Positions 1 to 9,864 of a stretch of DNA of 64,000 nucleotides are shown here, one piece after another (position 1 is the stretch's first letter; every line of letters begins with the position of its first letter). Origin of the DNA: Thainema sp. (lineage in GTDB: Bacteria; Cyanobacteriota; Cyanobacteriia; Phormidesmidales; Phormidesmidaceae); contig JBQLZK010000004.1 in assembly GCA_052168235.1 (NCBI GenBank), positions 64,001 to 128,000 on the forward strand, in the 5' to 3' direction. The translations under genes were made by a program, and so were the position numbers. Under the pieces are notes generated by a model. It made no database searches. It was not told the origin of the DNA and saw only the letters and a program-made list of their open reading frames with translations.

Positions 1-340
1 CTTTTTTGCAGAAGGTTCTAGCCTAATCTGCATTGTGTAGGCAAATTTACTGATTGGGCTGCAAGTTGAATGACTCTAAATTAGATAAACTTAGCGATTG
101 CGAAGTAACTGCAAAAGTAACTGATTACGAAAAGCAAATAAGTCAGAAAAACAAGTTAGAAATAAACAAACCGCGGCTGGTCTCAATATAAATCTGTCTG
201 TAAGCGGGTTTAACGTTAAACCTAGATATTAACCAGTTGGTGACCGTTGCTGACGCCCCGGCATCCCCAGTTTCTTTTAGGCTACTGGAGCTAAACAAAA
301 CGAGAGAGGGAGGTCGTCCACCGGTCAATTGAGCGGGAGA

Positions 341-541
341 CTATGATTCAAAGCTTGGGCCTGATTCGAGTCCCCATTGATGCTTTAGGAAATGCTTATA
401 CATCGTTTCTTTGAGCATCATTTGTTCGTAGAGCTTAACTAAGAAGTCTTGAGCTTGCTCTCGACTCATACGGTTGACTTGGGTTTCAAACGATCGGAGG
501 TTAAATTGCTGCTCCAACGTTAATTTGCCAGATTCAAACAT
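341..541 (-). CDS. nblA: Phycobilisome degradation protein NblA
   Basis: LTLEQQFNLRSFETQVNRMSREQAQDFLVKLYEQMM is the NblA signature; ATG at 541 with AGGAG upstream. Confidence 0.92.
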   Translation of the reverse strand: MFESGKLTLEQQFNLRSFETQVNRMSREQAQDFLVKLYEQMMLKETMYKHFLKHQWGLESGPSFES

Positions 542-1336
542 AAAGCACACTCCTTAAAAGAGCTAATTCTGCACTAGGGAGATTATCTGCCCAAGCTAAA
601 TTCATATTGGCCTTAAGTCTAGGGCGCTGGGTGGATGAACCAGCGGCAGCCTTAAAGTCGAACTATCTGGGACAGAACGGCGTGTAAACTTCCCAAAAAT
701 GGAAACTACACGTTCAAGCAAGATAGGTAGAACATTCCCTGATTTAAGGGATAAATCGAGAATGAGTTCATAAAAGATAACAACATTCTGAGCTTTCCCT
801 GTACATCTCAAGACGTAACAACCGGGGGGTAAGGTTTCCACCTATATGGAGAATTCAACGCGGAAGTGGATGATTCCGTATTGAATTACAGAAGTTTTAG
901 CAATCTGTAATTTACAAAAATGCTCAATTCGAACATATTTAGGTTTTTCGTCTAAAACTTTGATGAACTTCAAAAAAGCTAATCAGTCGTATTTGAGGTG
1001 GCATTCAGCCGGATCAGTCTGTTAGTTTGAAGGCTTGAATAATGGGCTTGTGGTGCTACTTGTGCCCAAATTGGTATTTACTTATGGCTCAAGTAAAGTG
1101 ATGTATCTCAACGAGTTGCCGATAAGGCGTTGACTTCGATCCTTGTAGGGAAAGCATTTTGAGCCAGTAAGACAGTTTTGCTAAAGTCAAAGAATGGGCA
1201 GAGAGCAGCTCAACAAATTGATTAATAAAACTTAATCTACCAAACAAAAAAGCTAATAGATTGGCTGGAAAACTGAGGAGAAACACAATAGAAATACGGA
1301 TTTTTATATCAAGATTGATACCAAGAATACGGTTTC

Positions 1337-2158
1337 TCAACGTGCTTTTAAGTTCAAGTCAAATCCTTCCCGCCGACTGCGCAGGTCGTAATACAGTACC
1401 GCTTTCAGCGACTGCCAAAACGGCATAACCAAAATGCTTCCCCCAATACTCAAAATCAAGCTCAGGCTGTATATCGACCAGTAAGTCGGTGTATTTTGCT
1501 CAATTTGGGTTAAGAAAATGGAAGGAATGTAGTTAGTCAACATCAAAATCGGCAGCGTCATGATGAAGGCCACAATCACTAATCCCTGAACCCGTAAGAC
1601 AGAGCCCGCCGTTAACTGCCAACTGCGGCTAATACTTTTATCGGCGCTGATTTGATCTTCTAGCGCTAAGGGTAACTCGGGTAAAAACAGCCGCGAGAGT
1701 AACCAGACAAAGCCAAACAGAAATCCTGCGATGATTAATACGCCAGCCAGTATGCCAATGATCAAACCAACGGTTTGTTCATTCCCGAAGGCGGCCAAGA
1801 TGAACGAAATGCTGAAGATAAATAAGAACATAACGATCGTGGCTGCGATCGCAAATGCAATATAAGCCGCCAGTAAGATCAGTCCGACTAAGAGCGCTAG
1901 CCCCAAAAACGACCAGAGCCGCTGATTAATATAGCGACGAGCGGTAGATAAGCTTTCCGGCTGATAAATCAGCTCCTGATAGGCCAGCCGGGAAATTAGG
2001 GCCGCATGAGCAAAATATTTTGCCCAGCCATAAATGGGCACCAGCAGCCAGAGATAGGCCTGAGCTGACAGGCTGAGGTAGGTTTTCCAATGCGCTCCAT
2101 AGAGGCGGAATCCTGCACTGGCGATGTTTCCAATGCGCAATAGGCTAGCTGACAACAT
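1337..2158 (-). CDS. Integral membrane protein (DUF975 / GDPD-membrane-domain-like)
   Basis: Multiple TM segments, C-terminal YYDLRSRREG motif; start uncertain (ORF open to 2233). Confidence 0.6.
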   Translation of the reverse strand: MLSASLLRIGNIASAGFRLYGAHWKTYLSLSAQAYLWLLVPIYGWAKYFAHAALISRLAYQELIYQPESLSTARRYINQRLWSFLGLALLVGLILLAAYIAFAIAATIVMFLFIFSISFILAAFGNEQTVGLIIGILAGVLIIAGFLFGFVWLLSRLFLPELPLALEDQISADKSISRSWQLTAGSVLRVQGLVIVAFIMTLPILMLTNYIPSIFLTQIEQNTPTYWSIYSLSLILSIGGSILVMPFWQSLKAVLYYDLRSRREGFDLNLKAR

Positions 2159-2252
2159 CTCTTTCACATTATGTGCGATCGCTATACAGGCATTGTGTGG
2201 CAAACATAGCCTGACGGAAAATGTTTGCCACAAAAATTAGTTAGTTCTGTCG

Positions 2253-4406
2253 TTAGCTTCCTCGTTCTTGGGCCATTGCCATCAAAATCGTGTGAGCACT
2301 TTGCTCCGGGCAGCTTTTATTGGGCTGACGCTGCACATAGCGACCATCGGGCTGTAAATCCCAGGCTTGACGATTATCGGCCAGTAGAATGCCCAGAATT
2401 TCCTGGAGATCTTTGGCGATGTCTGGGTCTTCAATCGGAACGATGGCTTCCACTCGCCGATCGAGATTGCGCGGCATCCAGTCGGCGCTCCCGATAAACA
2501 CCTGCTCCTCACCGTTGTTATGGAAGTAGAAAATCCGGGAGTGCTCTAAGTAGCGCCCCACAATGCTAATCACGCGAATATTGTCGCTAATGCCTTCTAA
2601 ACCGGGCCGCAGGCAGCAAATACCGCGCACGATTAAATCAATCTGCACGCCAGCTTGGGAAGCTTCATACAGGGTGGCAATCATTTCCGGATCAACCAAG
2701 GCATTCATCTTGGCGACGATACGGCCATGATGTCCGGCTTTGGCCTGTTCGATCTCCCGCCGGATCAGCCCCAGCATTTGCTGGCGCAGGTTAACGGGCG
2801 CAATCAGCAACTTGCGATAGGACTGCTGACGAGAATATCCGGTTAGGTAATTAAATAGATCGGTCAGGTCTGCGCCGAGTTCATCGCGGCAGCTCAGCAA
2901 GCCCAAGTCGGTATAGAGGCGGGCTGTTTTGGGGTTGTAATTCCCCGTACCAATGTGGATATAGCGACGCATGGTTTTACCCTCTCGGCGCACGACCAGC
3001 GCGGTTTTGGTGTGAGTTTTGAGGCCAACCAGACCGTAAACGACGTGTACGCCTGATTTTTCTAGGGTTCTGGCCCAGAGAATATTGTTCTCTTCGTCAA
3101 AGCGGGCCTTTAGCTCCACGAGTACTGCGACCTGCTTGCCGTTTTCGGCTGCTGATACGAGAGCTTTCACAATGGGCGAGTCCCCAGATGTCCGATACAG
3201 CGTCATCTTGATCGCCAGCACATTCGGATCGTGGGCAGCAGTGGTAATAAAGCGCTCCACCGATGCCGTAAACGAATCATAGGGATGATGAACCAGCAAA
3301 TCGCGCTTCCGCAAAATGGCAAACAAGTCTTGACCGTCTTCACTGTCACTGTCGCCACCATTGGCTAACCGCCGCAGTCGAAGCGGGACAACGGGGGAAT
3401 AGTCTGGATCTTTAAGCTGGGGCAGGGGCAATCCCATAAAAGACATCAGATCGCCGAGTCCCAGCAGCCCATCGACATCGTAGACATCGTTTTCCTCTAG
3501 CCCCATTTCGCGCATTAGGGTTTGGCGAATATCCGGGGGCGTTACCGTTTGGATTTCCATACGGACGCTGGAACCACCGAGTCGCCGCTTGCGCAGCTCT
3601 TTTTCAATGGCTAGCATCAAGTCATCAGCTTCGTCTTCCTCGACTTCTAAATCAGCGTTGCGGGTAATCCGAAATGGGTAGTATTCCTGGATGTTCATGC
3701 CAGGGAAGAGAAACCCTAAATTATGGGCAATTACCTGCTCTAGGGGTACTCCTGTCCAGCAGGAAGGCTGTCCGTCATCTTCGTGGAGCCGCAGATGTTC
3801 GGGCAGGGCAATGAAGCGGGGCAAAACTTTGGGGACTTTGACGCGAGCGAAATGCTCTTCTTCGGTTTCTTCATCCTTAACGACAACGGCCAAATTAAGG
3901 CTGAGGTTCGAGATGTAAGGAAACGGGTGGCCCGGATCGACGGCCAGCGGGGTCAGAACCGGAAAGATTTGCTCTTCGAAGTACTGCTGTAAATAAATGC
4001 GCTGTTCCTGGTTGAGGTCCACATATTCGATCAGGTGAATACCGTGCTCGGCCAGTAGGGGACGCAGTACCTGATGGAAATGCTGGTGCTGGGTGGTGAC
4101 GAGGGGACGTAAGCGATCGCAAATATCATCCAATTGCTGTTGCGGGGTGCGACCATCGGGCGTGAGTTTGGAAACGGCGGCGTCAACCTGCTGTTTGAGG
4201 CCAGCGACCCGCACCATGAAAAACTCGTCCAGGTTGGAACTGAAGATGGCCATGAACTTAAGTCGTTCAATCAACGGTGTGCGATCGTCGCAACCCTCAT
4301 GCAGAACTCGAGCATTGAACTCAATCCAGCTCAGTTCGCGATTGAAATAGTATTCAGGCTGGCGCAACTGTTGAACTTCAGCAACCGGATCTTTCGTTTT
4401 TGTCAT
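2253..4406 (-). CDS. ppk1: Polyphosphate kinase 1
   Basis: YFNRELSW, SSNLDEFFMVRV, ELKARFDE, GSADWMPRNLDRRVE motifs; 717 aa. Confidence 0.97.
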   Translation of the reverse strand: MTKTKDPVAEVQQLRQPEYYFNRELSWIEFNARVLHEGCDDRTPLIERLKFMAIFSSNLDEFFMVRVAGLKQQVDAAVSKLTPDGRTPQQQLDDICDRLRPLVTTQHQHFHQVLRPLLAEHGIHLIEYVDLNQEQRIYLQQYFEEQIFPVLTPLAVDPGHPFPYISNLSLNLAVVVKDEETEEEHFARVKVPKVLPRFIALPEHLRLHEDDGQPSCWTGVPLEQVIAHNLGFLFPGMNIQEYYPFRITRNADLEVEEDEADDLMLAIEKELRKRRLGGSSVRMEIQTVTPPDIRQTLMREMGLEENDVYDVDGLLGLGDLMSFMGLPLPQLKDPDYSPVVPLRLRRLANGGDSDSEDGQDLFAILRKRDLLVHHPYDSFTASVERFITTAAHDPNVLAIKMTLYRTSGDSPIVKALVSAAENGKQVAVLVELKARFDEENNILWARTLEKSGVHVVYGLVGLKTHTKTALVVRREGKTMRRYIHIGTGNYNPKTARLYTDLGLLSCRDELGADLTDLFNYLTGYSRQQSYRKLLIAPVNLRQQMLGLIRREIEQAKAGHHGRIVAKMNALVDPEMIATLYEASQAGVQIDLIVRGICCLRPGLEGISDNIRVISIVGRYLEHSRIFYFHNNGEEQVFIGSADWMPRNLDRRVEAIVPIEDPDIAKDLQEILGILLADNRQAWDLQPDGRYVQRQPNKSCPEQSAHTILMAMAQERGS

Positions 4407-4446
4407 GGTGTATCACTGACCTTAAGAAATCCCTCTGCGCAGTCCT

Positions 4447-4551
4447 TCATATAAGTCTGGTTGGAAACCTGTAATTTATTTCTGTGAAGCGTTTGCTCCG
4501 CAAACGCTTCACAGAAATAAACTGGGTTCTTAATACCCAGACTTGATATTA
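4447..4551 (-). repeat. Family A hairpin element (MITE-like)
   Basis: 22-bp perfect arms 4475-4496/4500-4521, loop TCC; ends AATATCAAGTCTG...CAACCAGACTTATAT on minus strand. Confidence 0.85.
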
Positions 4552-4634
4552 ACGCTACGCGCATATGACCATATCAGATGTTGTCAAAGAGCAGATTAAC
4601 AAATGCTGGATTTAGCACATCTATCCCAGGAATG

Positions 4635-4841
4635 TTAAAAGACCTCATCTTCGATACCGACCCACCATTCACCCAAATTCATCACGTCCTGGTGGATATC
4701 GGCTAAGGCTTTAGCATATTCGTCGGCAGTGAGTTCTGCACGCTGTTCCTGTAATTTTTGGATTCGCAGTTGGGCCAGTAACCAAGGCTTGCTAATGCCA
4801 TCGGTGGTCTGAATGTAGTGGCTGAGTTCTTCGCTATTCAT
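4635..4841 (-). CDS. Small hypothetical protein, 68 aa
   Basis: ATG-started ORF with protein-like composition ending LGEWWVGIEDEVF. Confidence 0.75.
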   Translation of the reverse strand: MNSEELSHYIQTTDGISKPWLLAQLRIQKLQEQRAELTADEYAKALADIHQDVMNLGEWWVGIEDEVF

Positions 4842-4931
4842 TTAGATAAGGTAAAAAGAAAAGGTAAACGATTGTTTGGATAAGTATAGAAGGATGTTTG
4901 TGATGCGATCGCGCTCAAAATAGCTCAACCC

Positions 4932-5501
4932 TTAGTATTCCGCTGCCAGAATTTGAGCGGCAGTTAGCGCAAAGTTCGAAAATAACAGCGATTCTACAAC
5001 TTGATCACCCTGGTAAATTTTCTCCTCGTAAAGGCCATCAATCCAGTTCAAACCCGTTACTTTTTGAGCCTTTGGATCGACAATCCAGTATTCGCTAATA
5101 TGACGACCCGCATATTCTGTCCGCTTGTAGCGATAGTCACGGTTTTCCTGTTTAGGGCTAACGACTTCGACAACAAGCGCTGGGGGCGGCATATCGTGAG
5201 TGATTAGCCGTTGCGTTGCATCTTTTAATGCCTCTGCTGCTTCGTCAGAAAGCACGGTCAAATCAGGTTGCCGAGCTGTCGCTAGCTTACCGCTAACCGC
5301 GATTTGAATTTTCATGCTCAAATGCGTGTAGGAAACGCCAAGTTGAAGGAAATAGGCATACAGGAAAGAGGCGATGCGATCGTGAAGGTCGCTCTCGGGC
5401 GGCATGGCAATTAGCTCTCCCTCAACTAGTTCGTAGCGGGTATCAGTACCATCGTCAAAGTTAAGATAATCTTGCAGGGTCATGGGTGTTGCGATCGCCA
5501 C
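4932..5501 (-). CDS. Uma2 family (PD-(D/E)XK-like) endonuclease
   Basis: YELVEGELIAMPPES, RQPDL, LVVEVVSP, DYRYKRTEY, EYWIVDP. Confidence 0.92.
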   Translation of the reverse strand: MAIATPMTLQDYLNFDDGTDTRYELVEGELIAMPPESDLHDRIASFLYAYFLQLGVSYTHLSMKIQIAVSGKLATARQPDLTVLSDEAAEALKDATQRLITHDMPPPALVVEVVSPKQENRDYRYKRTEYAGRHISEYWIVDPKAQKVTGLNWIDGLYEEKIYQGDQVVESLLFSNFALTAAQILAAEY

Positions 5502-5573
5502 GGCGCACCTTACCTACTCAACAGATCTATTCTAGCTGTGCAATATATTGCACTATGTCTATCCTGCAAGGGA

Positions 5574-5672
5574 TATCCAATCCGTATATAAAAACCCAAT
5601 GATTTTTTGTGGACGGCTGGCTTGGCCAGCCGTCCACAAAAAATCATTGGGTTTTAACCAAACTTTGTATGA
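5574..5672 (+). repeat. Family A hairpin element
   Basis: 31-bp perfect arms 5591-5621/5625-5655, loop TTG; ends TATCCAATCCG...AACCAAACTTTGTA. Confidence 0.85.
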
Positions 5673-5701
5673 ATTTTGAGCGTTTGTTGAATTGATCAGT
5701 C

Positions 5702-5745
5702 AAAAAAGGAGCCTCTTGCCAAATTCGGCAAGAGGCTCCTTTTTT
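5702..5745. terminator. Intrinsic terminator downstream of htpG
   Basis: AAAAAAGGAGCCTCTTGCC-AAATTC-GGCAAGAGGCTCCTTTTTT just after the htpG stop. Confidence 0.8.
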
Positions 5746-5762
5746 CAGATCTTTTCTGTGGA

Positions 5763-7763
5763 TTACACAGATTTCTCAGTAAGTGCCGTCAGAACCTTGT
5801 TAGAACGCTCAACAAAGGACTTCATGCCGTCGGCGTCAAAGCCTTTCTGAGCCATCAGGGCCAAATCGTAAACGTGCTGGCAGATCAGGTTAGCCATTTC
5901 GCTGGATGGTGAGTCACCGCTGCCCGTGATGATACTGCCCTGGCTGATCTTGAGCAGATTTTGGATCAGCGGGTGCGAGGTATTCACCATCAGGATGTGC
6001 TCGTCAGGGAACTCAGCCGCTTCCTGGCTGTAGAGAGCAGTCATATCCCGTAGACGGCGCAGGGCTTCCGGCAACAGCACCATTGCAGGTGGTGCGCTGG
6101 CTCCATCGTCGGCTTTGAGCGCCTGAGTCTTGACGTTGAGCTTAGGCCGATTGAGCGCCTTTTCAAATAATTCCTTGATCTGGTCGCCCCGCGTCTTGTT
6201 GGTTGACGGATCGACGATTTCGTCGGTTTGATCCTGATCGATTAGCGTATCGTCAATTTCGGCATCGACGCGGGAGAATCGAACATCCGAATACTCGCGC
6301 TCCAAGAACGAGATGAAGTGAGTATCGATGAAGGAATCGAGATAGAGAACCTCTAAACCTTGGCTCTTGTGCAGCTCGACGTAGGTTGACTGAGCAACGG
6401 GGTCGTTGCAGTAGAACACTCGGTTTTCGTGCCGTTCCTTATTGCGCTCCAGGTACTCTTGCAGAGTGGTATAGGAAAATCCCTTGCTGTCGGTAACAGC
6501 ATTAGCGGCATTACTGCCAGAAGACGCATCTTCCCAAACGTCGCCTTCGGCGGTTTGCACTTCCACCTTGGGCTGATCGTCGGCTTTAGTACCCAGATCG
6601 GCAGTGGTGCGATAGATCAGGATATCCTCGACCTGCTTCTTGAACTTGTCGTCGTTGATCGAGCCAAACTTGACGAAAGTACCCAAGTCTTGCCAGCAGC
6701 GGATGTACTGTGCGAGATCTTCTTTGTACAGCTCCTTGAGCCGATCGCCCACTTTCTTAGCAATGTAGTCAGCAATGCGGCGGACAGTGCGGTCTGCTTG
6801 CAGGAAGCTACGGGAAACGTTGAGCGGAATGTCGGAGCTATCGATGACGCCGCGTAGGGGCAGCAGGAAGCGGGGCACCACTTCTTCGCAGTTGTCGCTG
6901 ACGAAGACCTGGTTGCAGAACAGCTTGATCTGACTTTGGGTAATATCGACATCCGGCTTCAGCTTGGGGAAGTAGAGAATGCCATTGACGACGAAGGGAT
7001 AGTCGGTGTTGAGGTGAACCCAGAGCAGCGGATCTTCCTGGAAGGGATAGAGATAGCGGTAGAACTCTAGATAGTCTTCATCGGTGAGTTCGCTGGGGGA
7101 TTTGCGCCAGATTGCTTCGTGCTTGTTGACGACTTCGCCATCGAGCTTGATGGGCACGGGCATGAAGTCGCAGTAGGTAGTAATGAGCTGGCGAATACGA
7201 GCAGGCTCCAGATACTCTGCCTCGTCATCCATCAGCGTCAGAGTAATAGACGTGCCGCGCGAAGTGCGATCGCTATCGGTCAAGGTAAATTCTGTCGAAC
7301 CATCGCATGACCAGTGAACGGCTTGAGCATCTTTGCGGTAAGACCGGGTATCGATTTCGACTTTGCTGGCCACCATGAAGGAGGAGTAGAAGCCGAGACC
7401 GAAGTGACCAATGATGTTCTCGTTGCTGTTGTCCTTGTACTTTTGAATAAATTCTTCAGCGCTGGAGAAGGCAACTTGATTGATGTAGCGCTTGACTTCA
7501 TCCGCCGTCATGCCAATACCGTTGTCCGTGACGGTCAGGGTTTTAGCGTCTTTATCGATGGTAATTTCAATTTCCGGATCGTCGAGTTCGCCTTCAAATT
7601 CATCGCTGTAGGACACCATTTTCAGCTTGCTGATGGCGTCAACGGCGTTGGAGATGAGTTCCCGCAGAAAAATTTCGTGGTCGGAATAGAGCCACTTTTT
7701 AATAATCGGGAAAATATTCTCAGTATGGATACTGATGTTGCCCTGCTCTAGAACTGTGGTCAT
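5763..7763 (-). CDS. htpG: Chaperone HtpG (Hsp90)
   Basis: EIFLRELISNAVDA, DNGIGMT, IGHFGLGFYS, DIPLNVSR. Confidence 0.97.
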   Translation of the reverse strand: MTTVLEQGNISIHTENIFPIIKKWLYSDHEIFLRELISNAVDAISKLKMVSYSDEFEGELDDPEIEITIDKDAKTLTVTDNGIGMTADEVKRYINQVAFSSAEEFIQKYKDNSNENIIGHFGLGFYSSFMVASKVEIDTRSYRKDAQAVHWSCDGSTEFTLTDSDRTSRGTSITLTLMDDEAEYLEPARIRQLITTYCDFMPVPIKLDGEVVNKHEAIWRKSPSELTDEDYLEFYRYLYPFQEDPLLWVHLNTDYPFVVNGILYFPKLKPDVDITQSQIKLFCNQVFVSDNCEEVVPRFLLPLRGVIDSSDIPLNVSRSFLQADRTVRRIADYIAKKVGDRLKELYKEDLAQYIRCWQDLGTFVKFGSINDDKFKKQVEDILIYRTTADLGTKADDQPKVEVQTAEGDVWEDASSGSNAANAVTDSKGFSYTTLQEYLERNKERHENRVFYCNDPVAQSTYVELHKSQGLEVLYLDSFIDTHFISFLEREYSDVRFSRVDAEIDDTLIDQDQTDEIVDPSTNKTRGDQIKELFEKALNRPKLNVKTQALKADDGASAPPAMVLLPEALRRLRDMTALYSQEAAEFPDEHILMVNTSHPLIQNLLKISQGSIITGSGDSPSSEMANLICQHVYDLALMAQKGFDADGMKSFVERSNKVLTALTEKSV

Positions 7764-7939
7764 AGGAGTCAACGATTTTTAATTACAAAATCTAGTACAA
7801 AACCCAAACGAAACTCGGTTAGTTTGGCTGAATGAATTCGCGATTCTCTTGCAATTTTCTTCTCTTGCAATTTTCTAAAGAGATGGCAAAAGCGATCGCA
7901 CATCCAAAAATCTACGAATGTCTCAATCCCGATAGCAAT

Positions 7940-7972
7940 GGTGCGTTACGGCTACGCCTAACACACCCTACA
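7940..7972 (-). repeat. GTAG-type REP-like palindrome
   Basis: TGTAGGGTGTGTTAGGCGTAGCCGTAACGCACC; homologous to 20921-20952. Confidence 0.7.
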
Positions 7973-8093
7973 GGATCTCCGGCTGTGATTCACAATCATG
8001 GTCATCGTATGCTGATTTGTTTTGCATCGTAGATCGGAATACTCCGTTTAATAGAGTTCGGATCTCCCTACTCATTCCGTTTCTCGTTGGTGG

Positions 8094-8196
8094 ACTTACA
8101 TCTTGCACTAAAACCCGAAGAGGGTATTTCGCTGCCGCATCGCGGCGGCGAAATAACCCTTCTGGGTTCTTGGTTTACAAGGTGCAAGATGTAAGT
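8094..8196. repeat. Family B hairpin element (MITE-like)
   Basis: 15-bp perfect TIR ACTTACATCTTGCAC/GTGCAAGATGTAAGT; inner hairpin ...GCCGC-ATC-GCGGC... Confidence 0.85.
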
Positions 8197-8255
8197 AGAG
8201 CTTTGGGTAGTGTGGGTATCGGAGCAAGGGAGCAGCGGAGCCTTGAGGCGCAAAT

Positions 8256-9155
8256 TTAGGCGCGGACGGAGGCTGTTTCGTCCATCCAGGTGAGGCAGCG
8301 CTGCATTTCTTGGCGCATGGTGTCCACGTCGGCATGGAAGCGGCGACCGTGACCGGGCAGCACCCACTCGAAGTCGTACTGAGCCAGTTTGGTCATAGAG
8401 CGAACCAGTTCTGGCCAGGAATACCAGCAGTGGCGGCGGAAGGCATAGAGCTGCCCCAGATAGTCTGACCAAGCGAGGTGATCGCCTGTGAAGAGTGCTC
8501 GTTGGTCGTAGAGTAAAACCGTATGGCCTTTGGTATGTCCGGGAACAGGAATGATCAGCAGATCTTCGGCTAGCTGGATAGGATCGTGACCGCTGATTGG
8601 ATGTTCAATATCGCGGGTTCCGGCTGTGATTTCATCGGTGTGCAAAATGCGATCGCACTTGAAATGGTCATGGAACTTTTGATGATCGGCGACATCGTCC
8701 CGATGAGTCAGGTAGAGGTAGCGGATGCCACCTAGTTTTTCAATTTGTTTGACGAGCGGAGCGGCGAACCGGGGCGAATCAACCATCACGTTGCCGTCTG
8801 GACGAGTGATTAAATAGCTGGCGGCCCCAAAGGATTTTTCCGAATGGTAGCCACAGTGATAAACATTTTCCGTGATGGACAGGGGAAAGCTCTCTTGGGC
8901 GGCCTTAATATCGTGGGGCTTCTCGACGGTGCCAATGGAAGCGGTTGGGCACGCGAGTAATGCCTGGAGCGCTTCCTGCCGCTGTGTGGGGTTGGTGGGT
9001 TGATGATAAACCGCTGATTGACTGTCGGCGCGATGGAAGATGTCAGGAGCCATCCAGCGGCAGGTATCACAGTCAATACAGGTGGCATCGACGTAAAAAT
9101 CGCCTGCGACGTTTTGCGATCGTCGCTGATCAATATGAGCCATGAGGATCACCAT
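8256..9155 (-). CDS. MBL-fold metallo-hydrolase with N-terminal ferredoxin domain
   Basis: CIDCDTC...ACP ferredoxin motif; THRDDVADH, PGHTKGH, TGDH, LPGHG. Confidence 0.88.
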   Translation of the reverse strand: MVILMAHIDQRRSQNVAGDFYVDATCIDCDTCRWMAPDIFHRADSQSAVYHQPTNPTQRQEALQALLACPTASIGTVEKPHDIKAAQESFPLSITENVYHCGYHSEKSFGAASYLITRPDGNVMVDSPRFAAPLVKQIEKLGGIRYLYLTHRDDVADHQKFHDHFKCDRILHTDEITAGTRDIEHPISGHDPIQLAEDLLIIPVPGHTKGHTVLLYDQRALFTGDHLAWSDYLGQLYAFRRHCWYSWPELVRSMTKLAQYDFEWVLPGHGRRFHADVDTMRQEMQRCLTWMDETASVRA

Positions 9156-9281
9156 TGGGTTCTCCCTCCAGGCTAGCGAAATCCCGATGGTTTCAGCAGC
9201 AGTTGTGGTTTGACGCAGGATTGGGGAATGGAATGCGGAAGTGCGATCGCACCTCTCTCAAATCTGTACGACGATACTTCT

Positions 9282-9551
9282 TTATGACGATATCAACGGA
9301 CATGATTGCACCGCAGGCTCAACGATCAGGGTATTACCTTGACGACCGAGGATGGTGACTTCGGTGCCGCGCGGTAGCGATCGCACATTACCACTACAAA
9401 TTCCAAACCAGTAGGTGGCCTGGTAGCGGACTCGTCCTGGACAATTGGGGCGAATGGGCTGCTCAACATAGCCAGTCGTTTGGGCGGATAAGGCTGGATA
9501 GGTTGGCAGCAGGGGCTGTACGATTGGAGTGCGTTTCAGGAGATTTAGCAT
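9282..9551 (-). CDS. NfeD-like C-terminal domain protein
   Basis: GRVRYQATYW...GTEVTILGRQGNTLIV pattern. Confidence 0.7.
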   Translation of the reverse strand: MLNLLKRTPIVQPLLPTYPALSAQTTGYVEQPIRPNCPGRVRYQATYWFGICSGNVRSLPRGTEVTILGRQGNTLIVEPAVQSCPLISS

Positions 9552-9571
9552 CTTCAATGCTCTCTAAGAGA

Positions 9572-9668
9572 TGATGAAAGTTCGGTCAGAAACTCATAGT
9601 TTGTTATTGTGAGATGCTTGCTGAGCAAGCATCTCACAATAATCTGAGTCTTAGTAACTGCTGGGCAG
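9572..9668 (-). repeat. Family A hairpin element (diverged ends)
   Basis: 18-bp perfect arms 9604-9621/9625-9642, loop TGA; arm nearly identical to the 25935 copy. Confidence 0.75.
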
Positions 9669-9864
9669 TTGGCGACTCATGATAGAAATAGAGCGTAAAG
9701 TTTGCGATTAGGATTGGCCAGATTGCTGGTGCAATTGGGGGCGTGATAAAAGTGTGTTAGCAATCTGGCTGATGTTACGGCAGTAGACTGCCTTTCATTA
9801 CAACGGGTGAGATCTGGCTGGGCAGTGGGGGATGAAAGAGGCAGACGATGGGGCAGATGATTGA

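Noticed and set aside
884..912. AATTACAGA-N11-TCTGTAATT upstream of nblA as NtcA or HLR1 site
   Set aside because: Orientation and spacing match neither; AT-rich context makes chance likely.
602..1340. ORFs 602-841 and 1089-1340
   Set aside because: AT-rich region upstream of nblA, no recognisable motifs; cannot support as genes.
4932..5501. Uma2 gene as the mobiliser of the hairpin elements
   Set aside because: Uma2 genes are common in cyanobacteria and have no transposase motifs; adjacency alone is not evidence.
8017..8259. Short ORFs over hairpin elements (8017-8259, 11070-11273, 25974-26180, 39267-39539)
   Set aside because: They translate repeat DNA (shared NNPSGF); no protein family signal.
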